The translations under genes were made by a program, and so were the position numbers. From an uncultured delta proteobacterium (GTDB lineage Bacteria; Desulfobacterota; Binatia; Binatales; Binataceae), in contig CAWJET010000002.1 in NCBI GenBank assembly GCA_963842085.1, positions 1,280,001-1,344,000 of the forward strand: a stretch of DNA of 64,000 nt. The letters are read 5' to 3'. This document shows, piece by piece, positions 41,406 to 51,506 of the stretch; positions within the stretch are counted from its first letter, which is position 1; every line of letters starts with the position of its first letter. The notes under the pieces were generated by a model. The model did not search any database. It was given only the letters and a program-made list of their open reading frames with translations, and had not been told where the DNA came from.

Positions 41406-42613
41406 TGACGTGCGATCTGCGCAGTACGCGGCAAGATACGCGGTCCATGCTGAAGCAGGAGCCGCACTGGGCGCGTCAAGTAATAGGCCCAATAGAACGC
41501 TTTGGGCAGCGGCAGTGCTTCCCAGTCTTCGATCGTCGGGCGCAGGCCTCTGGTCAGCAAATACTGAAGGCGTAGTCCCAATCCTTCGATAGCGCTCAAT
41601 GGCACTACCCAGTCGCAGTATATCGATGGCAAAAGACCGGGCGCCGGAAAAAGCCGGCGGGCAATTCCGACGGCAAGCCGCATCACCCGGCCGTCGGAAG
41701 TAGATCGGCCTAGCACACCTTCAGGGACATGCCCACCTGCGAACGCTTGCGCAAGCACCGCACCAAGACGGAACATTCGCGTACATCCTAATCGCGCCAT
41801 CTCGTCTTCAGTTTGCTCCCAATCCGCCAAGCCTGTTGCGGTCAGCGCGGCGATGTCGCACATCGAGCGCAGCGACGCCCATCCCCATCCGTGCTTGGTC
41901 GCGTGCGCGATGCTGAAGATCAGGTGGTTGTCCGGGGCCAGCGTTTGCATCCACCGCCCATCGATCTCGACCACAACGCCGTTGCGCCAGACCGCTTCGT
42001 GGTTCGGACGATAGGGAAAATAGCTTGGCACCAGCGCTAGGTGCAGGTCGATCAGCAGACCGCCTTGCTTCTCGAACTGATCCTCGAAGGATCGGAAGAA
42101 ACCAAAATACGGAGCGCCGGATTGGTATCGCCGGGGGCGATAGCCCCGATCCGTAAGGATTCTGCCAACCTGCGGCAAGTCGCCTTGCCGGACGAGGATG
42201 TCCAGGTCGCCTGACTGACGGGCCGCGAGATCTCCATAGGCCTGAACTGCGAGCGCCGGTCCCTTGAGCGCGAGCATACCAAGCCCGGCTGCCGCGAACG
42301 CTTCATGAACCTCGACGAGCTCATGCGCCAGCCGGAGATGCGTGAGTGCGTTCGCCGCGTACCAGGCGTGAAGACGCGCGGCTATATCGGCTGGAACGCG
42401 GTCCGCGCAATGCGCGGCTAGGAAGCGATGCACGGGAGGTATGACGAAATGCCCCGCGGCCTCGGACGCAACTCGGTCCCAGTCGAGATCGCGGGCGGCA
42501 AGCGCAGTCGCGCGGGAACGCGACTCAGAGGTCGCAGGTGTCGAAATGCACGCAGCGATCAGCTGCCCCTCGAGCGGCAGCTCAGCACGCAGCGATTGGG
42601 CTATGTCATCCAT
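41402..42613 (-). CDS. Nucleotidyltransferase family protein (lasso N-type)
   Basis: LKGPALA..YGD...R.SGDLDILV, IDLH, HATKHGW; start uncertain. Confidence 0.9.
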   Translation of the reverse strand: MDDIAQSLRAELPLEGQLIAACISTPATSESRSRATALAARDLDWDRVASEAAGHFVIPPVHRFLAAHCADRVPADIAARLHAWYAANALTHLRLAHELVEVHEAFAAAGLGMLALKGPALAVQAYGDLAARQSGDLDILVRQGDLPQVGRILTDRGYRPRRYQSGAPYFGFFRSFEDQFEKQGGLLIDLHLALVPSYFPYRPNHEAVWRNGVVVEIDGRWMQTLAPDNHLIFSIAHATKHGWGWASLRSMCDIAALTATGLADWEQTEDEMARLGCTRMFRLGAVLAQAFAGGHVPEGVLGRSTSDGRVMRLAVGIARRLFPAPGLLPSIYCDWVVPLSAIEGLGLRLQYLLTRGLRPTIEDWEALPLPKAFYWAYYLTRPVRLLLQHGPRILPRTAQIARQ

Positions 42614-42659
42614 AAGAGGCAGGCGGTATGCCGATACGGCCGCCAGGTTACCGACCGGT

Positions 42660-43133
42660 TCAGTGGCGGGCGTCGTACTCCGTACTACGAAAGAGCGCAG
42701 CATAGCGGCCCGATTCGAACGCGCCGCCGATCACGATTCCCCCTTTGTACTCGACCCACGCGTGGGCAGCGAGTTGGCCCGTCGGACTCTTTGACGCGCC
42801 TATCCGCAACTCGCTGGTCAAACCGAGCCGGCTCAGCATACGCTGTACCGCTATCGCACGCACCAGACAGTTGCGCCCGCCCGGAACGCACGCGCTTGCG
42901 GCCGCCACGGCCCGTGCAACACGAGCCACAAGCAGCGCTGGATCGTGGTTGTACGTGCTGTTTCGAGCGGGTGCGCCAGCCCAATCGCGCACCCGAGCGA
43001 ACGGCAGCAGAAGCAGCCTTGCTCGTGCTGCAAGCACGGCGAGGAACGCTCTGGGTAGTATTATCCACTCCGCTACGGATAATGTGCGAATCCTTCGAAT
43101 GCGGGCAAGCACGGGGCTCATGCGGGTGTTCAT
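42660..43133 (-). CDS. Lasso peptide leader peptidase B2 (transglutaminase-like)
   Basis: NCLVRA, LRIG, AHAWVE catalytic motifs. Confidence 0.93.
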   Translation of the reverse strand: MNTRMSPVLARIRRIRTLSVAEWIILPRAFLAVLAARARLLLLPFARVRDWAGAPARNSTYNHDPALLVARVARAVAAASACVPGGRNCLVRAIAVQRMLSRLGLTSELRIGASKSPTGQLAAHAWVEYKGGIVIGGAFESGRYAALFRSTEYDARH

Positions 43134-43155
43134 TGCGCCACGCGCAGGTCGAGCT

Positions 43156-44187
43156 TCAGCGCCCTGCTGAGAGCTTGGCACTCTCACGATTGCCGCCGCT
43201 CATATCCGCGAGCACCATCTCGCGTACCGCGGCTAACGCGGTGAAGTCGTTCGGAACTACGAGCTTCTTTACCGGCACTTTCGCGACGACCTGCTTGAGA
43301 AATCGAAGTTTGTGGAGATTGGCGGCGCGATCAGTTGATTCGAATAACCACGACGCTGACGCCAGTTCGACCAAGGATTCGGCCCAAGACATGTGCTCGA
43401 CCTTTGGCGCATGGGTCTGGTCCGCATCGTTGTCCAGCCGGTTCAATCGGTATATCCACTTGAGCGGCACCGATTTGGCCGCCAAACTGGCCCTGGGGTC
43501 GGCGGCGTCGTGCCGGCTCAAGCGAATAATCCGCCCGAGCGGCTGCGGTTGGGCGTTTGAATGGAGATCAGGCGCGCATCGCTCGGAGTTGTAGCCTGCG
43601 ACGGCGTCCGACCGAGCCGAGTCGATTCTCAGCGCTTCGACGCTTTCATTCGACAGCCACGCGCCTGGATAGCCGGGCGTGAGAACGATCTGGCCGCTGC
43701 CACTCAGACTCAGCACGACCCAGTCGTCGCCGAGCAGCGGGAAGCCCGCAAGTGCAAAGCTTGCCGCGAGCGTCGATTTTCCGGTACCTCCCGGGCCGAT
43801 GAATGCGCACGCTCCATAGTCGGTCAAAAAGGCGGTCGCGTGGATCGACTTGATTCCGATCAGATCGAGAACACCCGGGATGACGCCATTGAGAAGCCGA
43901 TGTCGCAGTACCTTGGGAAAAATTTCAGAGTGTACTCTGCAATACTCTATCGCGCGCACCAGACAATTGCGCCAACCGGGAACGCGCGCGCTTGCGGCTG
44001 CCACGGCCCGTCCAACACGCGCCGCAAGCAGCGCAGGTGCAGCAGCCCAATCGCGCACGCGCGCAAATGCCAGCCACAGCAGCCTCGCTCGCACGGCAAG
44101 CACGGCGAGCAGGGCCCCGGGCACCGGCTTGCGGTCAGCTTCGGATAATGCGCGGACCTTTCGGATCCGGGCGAAGGCGGTTCTCAT
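43156..44187 (-). CDS. Chimera: partial lasso B2 N-terminus fused in frame to an HPr-kinase-like domain
   Basis: N-terminus copies B2 up to NCLVRAI; then IHATA, GPGGTGKSTLA, LGDD, homologous to 44225-45223. Confidence 0.8.
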   Translation of the reverse strand: MRTAFARIRKVRALSEADRKPVPGALLAVLAVRARLLWLAFARVRDWAAAPALLAARVGRAVAAASARVPGWRNCLVRAIEYCRVHSEIFPKVLRHRLLNGVIPGVLDLIGIKSIHATAFLTDYGACAFIGPGGTGKSTLAASFALAGFPLLGDDWVVLSLSGSGQIVLTPGYPGAWLSNESVEALRIDSARSDAVAGYNSERCAPDLHSNAQPQPLGRIIRLSRHDAADPRASLAAKSVPLKWIYRLNRLDNDADQTHAPKVEHMSWAESLVELASASWLFESTDRAANLHKLRFLKQVVAKVPVKKLVVPNDFTALAAVREMVLADMSGGNRESAKLSAGR

Positions 44188-44224
44188 TCCAACGACCAGT
44201 GTGTCGGCACCTGTAGTCTGAGCG

Positions 44225-45223
44225 TCAGCACACTTCGAGGAATCCCACGCTATCACGCTCGTGACCGCTCATATCCGCGAGCACCATCTCACGTGCCGCG
44301 GGTAACGCGGCGAAGTCGTTCGGAACTACGAGCTTCTTTATTGGCACTTTCGCGACGACCTGCTCGAGGAATCGGAATTGGCGGAGATTGGCAAAGCGAT
44401 CAGTTGGATTGAATCGATACGACGCTGACGCCAGCTCGATCAACGATTCGGCTCGAGACATGCGCTCGATCCTTGGCGCATAGGTCTGGTCCGCGACGTT
44501 GTCCGTCAGCCGGTTCAATCGGTATATTTGTTTGAGCGGCAGCGATTCGGTCGCGAAATTTCGCCTCAGGTCCGGAACCCGACGTTTCCAATCGTCGTCG
44601 CCGATAGTTTCCGATCGGGCCGGATAGATGCCGAGTGCGTCAAGGCTGTCACCCCACAGACGCGTGCCCGCGTAGCCAGGCGTCAGGACAATCTCTAGGG
44701 CGCTGCAAAGGACGACGCAATCGTCGCCGAGAAGGAGCGCTCCGCTGCGCACAAGACTTGTGGCCAAGGTGGACTTGCCGGCGCCGGTCGGACCGAGGAA
44801 CGCGCATGCGCCGCCATCGATTGCAACCGCCGTCGCATGAATCGCCTCGAAGCCACGGAGATCGAGCACGCGGGGAATTACGGCGTCCAATAAGAGATGC
44901 CGCAGCATATCGCGCGAAGTCGCATCGCAAAGCCCGCAGCACTCAATTTCATCACCGCCTTCGCTGACGAAGAAATCCGCCAGTCCGGGAAACCGCAACA
45001 GGTAGCCACCGGGGGTAGTCGCACAGATTAGCCACTCCTGCCCGTCGATATTGTCGTGACGTAAAAAGACCGCATCGGGATCGAATTCGATCAGTCTTGC
45101 AATCTGGAGGCGTACGCGCATCACAGCTTGCGGCTCATGCTCGCTGCCCGAGTACGGCGTTAGTTCCGGAAGAAGCACGTCGGAGTCGAGGCGGATTCCG
45201 TACACTGAATACGACGGCATCAT
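44225..45223 (-). CDS. HPr-kinase-like lasso peptide kinase
   Basis: YSVYGIRLDSD, IHATAV, GPTGAGKSTLA, LGDD. Confidence 0.88.
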   Translation of the reverse strand: MMPSYSVYGIRLDSDVLLPELTPYSGSEHEPQAVMRVRLQIARLIEFDPDAVFLRHDNIDGQEWLICATTPGGYLLRFPGLADFFVSEGGDEIECCGLCDATSRDMLRHLLLDAVIPRVLDLRGFEAIHATAVAIDGGACAFLGPTGAGKSTLATSLVRSGALLLGDDCVVLCSALEIVLTPGYAGTRLWGDSLDALGIYPARSETIGDDDWKRRVPDLRRNFATESLPLKQIYRLNRLTDNVADQTYAPRIERMSRAESLIELASASYRFNPTDRFANLRQFRFLEQVVAKVPIKKLVVPNDFAALPAAREMVLADMSGHERDSVGFLEVC

Positions 45224-45471
45224 TGAAGATCGATCTGGTCGAGAGACGCCCGCAGGCGCTGCTGGAACCTCCAGCGCAGATTTCGTTCAACCGGAAGAAT
45301 CACGCGCGTTCCCGTCGGCTCGGCCTCGTGAGAATTCTCGAGAGACCCGGAAAAAGTGCGGCTGTAGTCATGTCTCCTAGGTATCTTGAGCGCGGAATCC
45401 CGCGAGTCGGGACCCTTGTGGGGGTTAAGGCGCTTTGCGGCATACCCCCGTGCGTTGCGCCCAAGGTACGT

Positions 45472-45660
45472 TTACGGAAAGCCCGGAAACTGAAAGCCCT
45501 GCTTTTTGGTCATCCTGTCTGATCTTCTACCCGCACTGCCAGCGGTGAGCTTCGCAACGTCACCGTACCTCACCAAAGCGGGCTTTACATACAGCGGGCG
45601 AGGACTGGCGCAGTATTTCCCGATCGCAGGCGACGAACTGCTGTTGCTTTCGGGCTTCAT
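45472..45660 (-). CDS. Lasso peptide precursor A
   Basis: AGGAG RBS; leader YVKPAL..YGDVAKLT(-2)A; core G1-SAGRRS-D8-RMTKKQGFQFPGFP. Confidence 0.9.
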   Translation of the reverse strand: MKPESNSSSSPAIGKYCASPRPLYVKPALVRYGDVAKLTAGSAGRRSDRMTKKQGFQFPGFP

Positions 45661-45940
45661 CCAAAATTCTCCTGCACCCGGTCAAATATAGTCAACTGAG
45701 TTAGCGAATTCCAGTCAGGGAAATCAATCAAATCGTCCGCTTCATGCCGCTAGTCATTGCCAAAGCTCCGTCGGCTAGCCCACTCCATAGTTCGAAATGA
45801 CGTGTGCCACGAATGGCTGCGCCTCGCGGGCATGTGAAACAGATCGGAATGCAATTCGTAAACCCGGCGCTCGATCTCCGCTCGTTCGCCGCGTCGGGTC
45901 GCACAGGTCAACGACCCAGCGCGCGCGGGCCACCACGGAG

Positions 45941-47932
45941 TCAGCACAAAGTAGGGGGCCTGTCTGGCGAGACTAGAGACATGCTCGAATCGCGATTTGT
46001 TTCGGTCGTTGCAATGCGGGCGAAGCCGCCCGAGAAGTGTCGAATCAGCATCTCAACTCCAAACAAGGCAAATCCGGTCCACATGTAATCGGTGCATCGA
46101 CAGTCGTGCGACTGATAGAATCGCCAGGCGGCTTCGTGCGCCTGCTTCAGCCGAGCCTGACTCACCCAGCCCATCTCCGCAATCTCCAGGCGATCGATCA
46201 GTGAATCACCAGTTTGCTTGACCGCTCTCATCATCAGGTCGCTGAAGTCACCCTTCGTGGTTCGCTTTCTGATCCGCTCGGGCAAGAGTTCCTTCATCGC
46301 ATGGCGCATGAGGAGCTTCGAAACTCCCTGGTTCCAGCGGTGCTCTTCAGCGAGCCCAGAGACAAATTCGATCACGCGGCGATCGCAAAATGGATGACGG
46401 TAATCAATACCGAGCCGCCCGGCGTCCCGCTCGCCTCCTTCAACCGCGTAGGTCAGCCATCCGTCGCGCATCAGGTACCACATCGCCCAGACCGCTTGTG
46501 GCTTTTCGTCCCACTCTCCAAGCGCCCGGCGCGCACGGTCCTCCAGATCAAAGCGCCTGGCAAAGGCCGGCTCGAGCCATGAGAGCCACGCAAATGAGGG
46601 GCTTTCGCCGCGGTTGAGCATTCGCCTGACGCGTTCTCGCGCGAACGCCGGCACGAACGGCCATACCGCCGAGCGAAAGACGACATCGATGAACCCGCGC
46701 TGGACCTCGCCTGACCCTATATTCTTTCTCAGCGATCGCAGGGCGTGGGCGAACCTCACCGGATGAACCCCGCGGACCAAAGCAGCGAGATCGCCGGTCC
46801 CTCCATCCATCGTGTGATCCCCGCCGTGACCGCTCAGCGCAACGCGCAGTCCCCGCGCAGCGACGTTCTGCATGAGGGTTTGCCCCATTGCGTAATTGGG
46901 ATACGGCGGCAATTCGAGGTGGCGATGCACGTAATCAGCGAACCAGGCGGCGTCCGGCTCGAATGCGTGGCATTCGTGGGTCGAGAAGTCGCACGCGCGC
47001 TCGACTTCGGCAATATATTCGCGCTCGTCCGCGTCAGGATCGGTATAATTCAGCGAGAATGGCTCGGCGCGATTGCTGACAATACCCCGGCGCATCAGAT
47101 CGTGTCCGATGCATACGATTGACGAGGAATCGAGGCCGCCGCTCAGATCGGCCGCAACATCACCCGGAGAGCGCATCCGGCATCGGACCGCCTCGACCAG
47201 GGTCTCGCGGAGGGCCGAAGCGGTATCGTCGTAAGTGGCAAAGCGAAGCGCCTTCGCTGCAGCCGGATCGTAGTACTCGCGATGCCTCATTCCCGAGCTG
47301 TCTACCGTGAGGCATGCCCCGCCTTCGAGTCTGAATATGTTGCGTATTACAGTCTCTCGACGCGTGAATGGACCGCCAGCTAGGCACTCTGCAAGAAACG
47401 CCTCGTTGAGCTTGCGGCCGATCGCATGGTCCTGAAGAATCTGGATCAGATCGGATGCGCACAGGAATCTTCTGCCGTCGAAGAAGTAGTGCAGCGGCTT
47501 GAAACCGAGCGGATCGCGCGCGCACAGCATCCTGCGTCTGCGGCCGTCCCATACCACGATCGCAAAATCGCCGAGCAAGCGGTTCCAGGCTCCTTCGTCC
47601 CAGAGCTCGAAGCATCGTCCGACGAGCTCTACATCGGTCGGTTCATCCAAGCTCGCGCCCGAAGATTCCAGTTCACGCAAGAGTTCCCTTCGGTTGTCGA
47701 TGCGCCCGTCGAAGATAACTCGGATGGTCGCGTCCGCGTTGACCCAGGGCTGGTCCTCGCGCACCGCCTCGGGTGTAGTGGCAAACTTCCGAAACGCCAT
47801 GCCCGCCGCCCCTTCGGTCCAGAACGCTGCACCGTCGGGACCGCGATCGCACACGGAGTCCACCATCGCGCGTAGCATAGCCCGGTCGGCCGGCCGCTCG
47901 TCGACGTTGAATATACCTGCGATCGCACTCAT
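45941..47932 (-). CDS. Lasso cyclase C (asparagine-synthetase-like)
   Basis: MSAIAG (no N-terminal Cys), ARDPLG.KPL, DLSGGLDSS, SGHGGD, HPFCD, R.TK. Confidence 0.92.
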   Translation of the reverse strand: MSAIAGIFNVDERPADRAMLRAMVDSVCDRGPDGAAFWTEGAAGMAFRKFATTPEAVREDQPWVNADATIRVIFDGRIDNRRELLRELESSGASLDEPTDVELVGRCFELWDEGAWNRLLGDFAIVVWDGRRRRMLCARDPLGFKPLHYFFDGRRFLCASDLIQILQDHAIGRKLNEAFLAECLAGGPFTRRETVIRNIFRLEGGACLTVDSSGMRHREYYDPAAAKALRFATYDDTASALRETLVEAVRCRMRSPGDVAADLSGGLDSSSIVCIGHDLMRRGIVSNRAEPFSLNYTDPDADEREYIAEVERACDFSTHECHAFEPDAAWFADYVHRHLELPPYPNYAMGQTLMQNVAARGLRVALSGHGGDHTMDGGTGDLAALVRGVHPVRFAHALRSLRKNIGSGEVQRGFIDVVFRSAVWPFVPAFARERVRRMLNRGESPSFAWLSWLEPAFARRFDLEDRARRALGEWDEKPQAVWAMWYLMRDGWLTYAVEGGERDAGRLGIDYRHPFCDRRVIEFVSGLAEEHRWNQGVSKLLMRHAMKELLPERIRKRTTKGDFSDLMMRAVKQTGDSLIDRLEIAEMGWVSQARLKQAHEAAWRFYQSHDCRCTDYMWTGFALFGVEMLIRHFSGGFARIATTETNRDSSMSLVSPDRPPTLC

Positions 47933-47956
47933 TGGCTGTTTCAGGAGGCGCGCGAT

Positions 47957-48226
47957 TTAAGCTGCAGTCTTGATCAGACCTTCGTTCGAGAGATCACTTA
48001 TGAGTTCGTCGAAATCGCGCTCAATCTGGTCGCGGGAAACGTTGTACTGGGTGGCTAGGGATTGCAAAATCTCTTCGCGTCTTCGGCCTGCCGCGATCAA
48101 GGTCCAGATACGCGCGCCGACCTGATTGAGACCGAAATAGATGCCAGTATCCAACTTTAGGATCACCACCTCATCATCGAGGTCGGTCCAGACCACGTCG
48201 TCGACAACTCGAAGGACATTCGTCAT
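47957..48226 (-). CDS. PqqD-family RiPP recognition element (lasso B1)
   Basis: DDEVVIL.LDTGIYFGLNQVGARIW..I...L...YNV....ERD..ELI..L..EGLI. Confidence 0.93.
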   Translation of the reverse strand: MTNVLRVVDDVVWTDLDDEVVILKLDTGIYFGLNQVGARIWTLIAAGRRREEILQSLATQYNVSRDQIERDFDELISDLSNEGLIKTAA

Positions 48227-48278
48227 GGCAGCAGAACCAGGTTGCCCTGAGTTGATTCGAGGATTGAATCGTCCACAC

Positions 48279-50132
48279 TCAGATCGGACGGGCCGTTCCG
48301 ATCGGCAAGGCACCGGGCGCTGCGCCCCCGCCGGAAGGTTCACGTGGCACGACCTCCTGCGTCTCGTTCAGTTGCATCGAGAATCTCCGCACAGGTATTC
48401 CGTGCGTCCGCCCAAAGCGGTGAAGTCTTTCCATCTGCCCGGGAGCGAGCTCTTCGTCCGCAACGATGATCTCGGTGAACGGCACCCGCGCGTGGATGGA
48501 CTCGATGTCCTCAGGTGTGCCCAGCACTTCCTCTCCGTGCAAGAGTTTGCCGTGCTTGAATGCATCCTCATCGACGAATCCAACAATCCGGGCCGAGCGT
48601 GTGCGCGCCTTCAACACGAATTCTGCGGCCACGGTTCCGATTTCTCCAGCTCCTACCACTAGTACCCTGTCAGTGACGGTCGCGAGGCGGCTGATCAGCC
48701 TGCGCAACACCTGGAACGACATCCGCGTCGCGACCAAAAGGTTGACGAGCAGCAGCGCGAACAGCACCGCGATTGATCCGGAATGCCTGATGGGCAGGAA
48801 ATTGGATCCGATTGCCACGAGGCTTGCAGCGAGCATCGCGCCGCCGGCGAACCGGAAGCTGTCCGTGAGACCCGCGTGGCGCCAGATTCCGCGATAAACG
48901 CCCGCGAGCAGAAATGCCGGGTACGTCAGCACGATCACCCACGGCAGCCCGCGCATCATCGATGCGAGCACCTCGGGAGTGAGGTTGAAATCGAGCCGCA
49001 ACGCGCACGCACCGAAATAAGCAGCGCTGATTAGCGCGATGTCCATCGTCGCATCAGCAATTCGTCGTTTGTAGCCGAGGGAAAGAATGTACCGTGCGAC
49101 CCCCTGAAGATAGCCGTATGCGACGCCCGGGGGATTCGCGTCGAAGATCAAATCGATCATGAAGAGCGCGATCACCGCCGCAGCGAGTGCGATAAACGGC
49201 AGCGCTGCGACAACGTCAGGGTGCGGCAACAGGTTAGCCGCAACCGCGCATACCGCAGTGACCGTCGCCACCGCCCAGATCGACGCGACAGTCCTCCGCT
49301 CCGAAAGTCCGAGCGAGAGCAGGCGATCGTGTACGTGCTCCAACCCATGCCGCGAAATCGCTTTCCCCGTCGCCAGTCGGGATGCCGTCACGATTCCCGT
49401 GTCGAGCAGTGGCACCAGCATCACCAGCACTGGGAAAACCCAAAGAGTGAGTCGCGTGTTCGTCGCGAGCGCTCCTCCTTGAAGCGCCAGTACTCCGAGC
49501 ATGTACCCGAGCGGGAGAGCGCCCGCGTCGCCCATAAAGATCGACGCGGGATAGATATTGAAGATCAGAAATCCCCCCAACGCTCCGGCGACGGCGAGGC
49601 TCGGCGCGGTTACCGCGGGCACTCCTCGCACGGTGCCGATCACCGCAATCGCAGCGGCGACCGTAAGTCCGATGCCCGCCGCCAGACCGTCAAGTCCGTC
49701 GACGAGGTTGAACGCGTTAGTCGCGGCGACCAGCCAGAAGATGCTGATCCCTACACCCAGAAATTGCCAAGGAGCGAACGCGTAACGGGGCAACGCGAAC
49801 ATAGCCGCCCACGTAACTATCGCGAGCTGGCATAACAATTTCTGCCGCGGGCTCAGCACCAGCGCATCGTCTACCAGACCGACTGCCAGCATCGCGCCGG
49901 CGCCTATCGCCACCCACGAGACCAGGTGGCTGGTCACCGCGAGGGCGACGACGATCGAGACAATAATCGAAATGCCACCCGTAGCAGGAACTCGTGCTTC
50001 GCTGAGCGGTGAAGCTACTTTCGCCGTGATGCCAATCCACCGCCCAAAGCGCATCGCAGCGGGCATCGTAACAATCGCCGCTAAGAACGCGATTGCTCCC
50101 GTCGTCCACGGATTTGTCAGTAGGGCGAGCAT
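48279..50132 (-). CDS. WecA/MraY-like undecaprenyl-phosphate sugar-phosphotransferase with C-terminal Rossmann-like domain
   Basis: GLVDD, NAFNLVDGLDGL, IFMGDAG, HVHDRL; then VLVVGAGEIG..VGFVDED. Confidence 0.9.
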   Translation of the reverse strand: MLALLTNPWTTGAIAFLAAIVTMPAAMRFGRWIGITAKVASPLSEARVPATGGISIIVSIVVALAVTSHLVSWVAIGAGAMLAVGLVDDALVLSPRQKLLCQLAIVTWAAMFALPRYAFAPWQFLGVGISIFWLVAATNAFNLVDGLDGLAAGIGLTVAAAIAVIGTVRGVPAVTAPSLAVAGALGGFLIFNIYPASIFMGDAGALPLGYMLGVLALQGGALATNTRLTLWVFPVLVMLVPLLDTGIVTASRLATGKAISRHGLEHVHDRLLSLGLSERRTVASIWAVATVTAVCAVAANLLPHPDVVAALPFIALAAAVIALFMIDLIFDANPPGVAYGYLQGVARYILSLGYKRRIADATMDIALISAAYFGACALRLDFNLTPEVLASMMRGLPWVIVLTYPAFLLAGVYRGIWRHAGLTDSFRFAGGAMLAASLVAIGSNFLPIRHSGSIAVLFALLLVNLLVATRMSFQVLRRLISRLATVTDRVLVVGAGEIGTVAAEFVLKARTRSARIVGFVDEDAFKHGKLLHGEEVLGTPEDIESIHARVPFTEIIVADEELAPGQMERLHRFGRTHGIPVRRFSMQLNETQEVVPREPSGGGAAPGALPIGTARPI

Positions 50133-50428
50133 TGATAAACTTTGTCAAAGCTTGTGTTTTATTCTCAAAGCATAGAATTACATGTAAAACTGTTGAATAT
50201 CAATAAGTTTAGCCAGATAAATCCGTTTAACCGTTGAATTTGACTTGCACTCCTGCTCCCGACAAGGCCGCGGCTCGGACCACCTGGGCGATACTGTCGT
50301 TCGCCTGCGAAGCTGCTGGAATGATCCGCGGCGAGGTTAGCTTGCTAGCGCTAGGGCGAATCTCACCAAGAAAACCCAATGCGATATTAATTTCGTAGCG
50401 AAAGAGACAGACTTCCGGAGTGCGGCGA

Positions 50429-51430
50429 TCAGGTAGGAGAGGATCCGGCTTCCTGCAGGAACTTTTCACGAACCTGCTGTTCAATCCAGGCGTAAGTGCG
50501 CGCGAGTCCCTCCTCCAGGGAAATCTCCGGCTCCCAGTTCAAGACCTCGCGCAGCCTAGTGTTGTCGGAATTGCGTCCGCGTACACCCTGAGGACCGGGC
50601 ACATGCTTGCGGCTGATTCGAATGCCCGCGATGCCCGCCACAATTCCGGCAAGTTCGTTTATCGTAACCATCCGGTCCTGGCCAAGATTGAGGGGCTCGT
50701 GGTAGTCCGATCGCATCAACTTTGAGATCCCGGTGATACAGTCGTCGATATAGCAGAACGAGCGGGTCTGCTCGCCGTCTCCCCAGATCTCCACTTCGTG
50801 ATTCCCCGTCAGCTTTGCGTGCGCTACTTTGCGACTCAATGCAGCAGGTGCCTTTTCGCGCCCGCCTTCCCAGGTGCCGTAGGGGCCGAACACATTATGG
50901 AAGCGGACTATCCGCGTCTCGATTCCGTAGTCTTCGCGATAGTGGGTGCACAATCGCTCGGTGATCAGCTTCTCCCACCCATAGGCGTCTTGCGGCTGCG
51001 CGGGGTAAGCGTCTTGCTCCTTAAGAGGAGCAACGTCGGTTTCGCTCTGCTTGTACTCCGGATAGACACAGGCCGACGAGCTGTACAAATAGCGGCGTAC
51101 GTCGTTGCGACGAGCAGCCTCCAGGGTCTGAAAATTGATCATCGCGTTGTTGTAGAGGATCTGCGAGTGATGGGAGGAGATGAAACCCATTCCGCCCATG
51201 TCCGCGGCGAGCGCATAGACCTCGTCGATTCCGCGCGTCGCCGCGACACAGTTCTCCCAGCTGCGAAGATCCAGGAGCAGAAATTCGTCGCAATCCGACG
51301 GAAGGAATTCCGGCTTCTTGATGTCCACGCCGCGGACCCAGTATCCGTCGCGTTTGAGGCGACTGGTCAGATGACTGCCGATGAATCCGCCCGCTCCGGT
51401 AACGAGAACTTTCGTCGTAATAAGTGTCAC
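50429..51430 (-). CDS. NAD-dependent epimerase, GDP-mannose 3,5-epimerase-like
   Basis: GAGGFIG, LAADMGGMGFI, SSSACVYP, YGWEK, GGREKAPAA. Confidence 0.9.
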   Translation of the reverse strand: MTLITTKVLVTGAGGFIGSHLTSRLKRDGYWVRGVDIKKPEFLPSDCDEFLLLDLRSWENCVAATRGIDEVYALAADMGGMGFISSHHSQILYNNAMINFQTLEAARRNDVRRYLYSSSACVYPEYKQSETDVAPLKEQDAYPAQPQDAYGWEKLITERLCTHYREDYGIETRIVRFHNVFGPYGTWEGGREKAPAALSRKVAHAKLTGNHEVEIWGDGEQTRSFCYIDDCITGISKLMRSDYHEPLNLGQDRMVTINELAGIVAGIAGIRISRKHVPGPQGVRGRNSDNTRLREVLNWEPEISLEEGLARTYAWIEQQVREKFLQEAGSSPT

Positions 51431-51506
51431 AACGGTTGATTTTACGTCGCGCTGCGTGAACTGAAATTCTATCAAGCAGCGCCATCGGCGCCAGTAATGC
51501 GTCCGC

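Noticed and set aside
45750-45947. Second lasso precursor between C and A
   Set aside because: No YxxPxL leader motif or Thr(-2)/Gly1/acidic-residue pattern.
45941-47932. Housekeeping asparagine synthetase AsnB
   Set aside because: Lacks the N-terminal catalytic Cys and is flanked by an RRE, B2 and a precursor, so a lasso cyclase fits better.
47957-48226. PQQ biosynthesis
   Set aside because: No pqqB/C/E nearby; the PqqD fold here is the lasso RRE.
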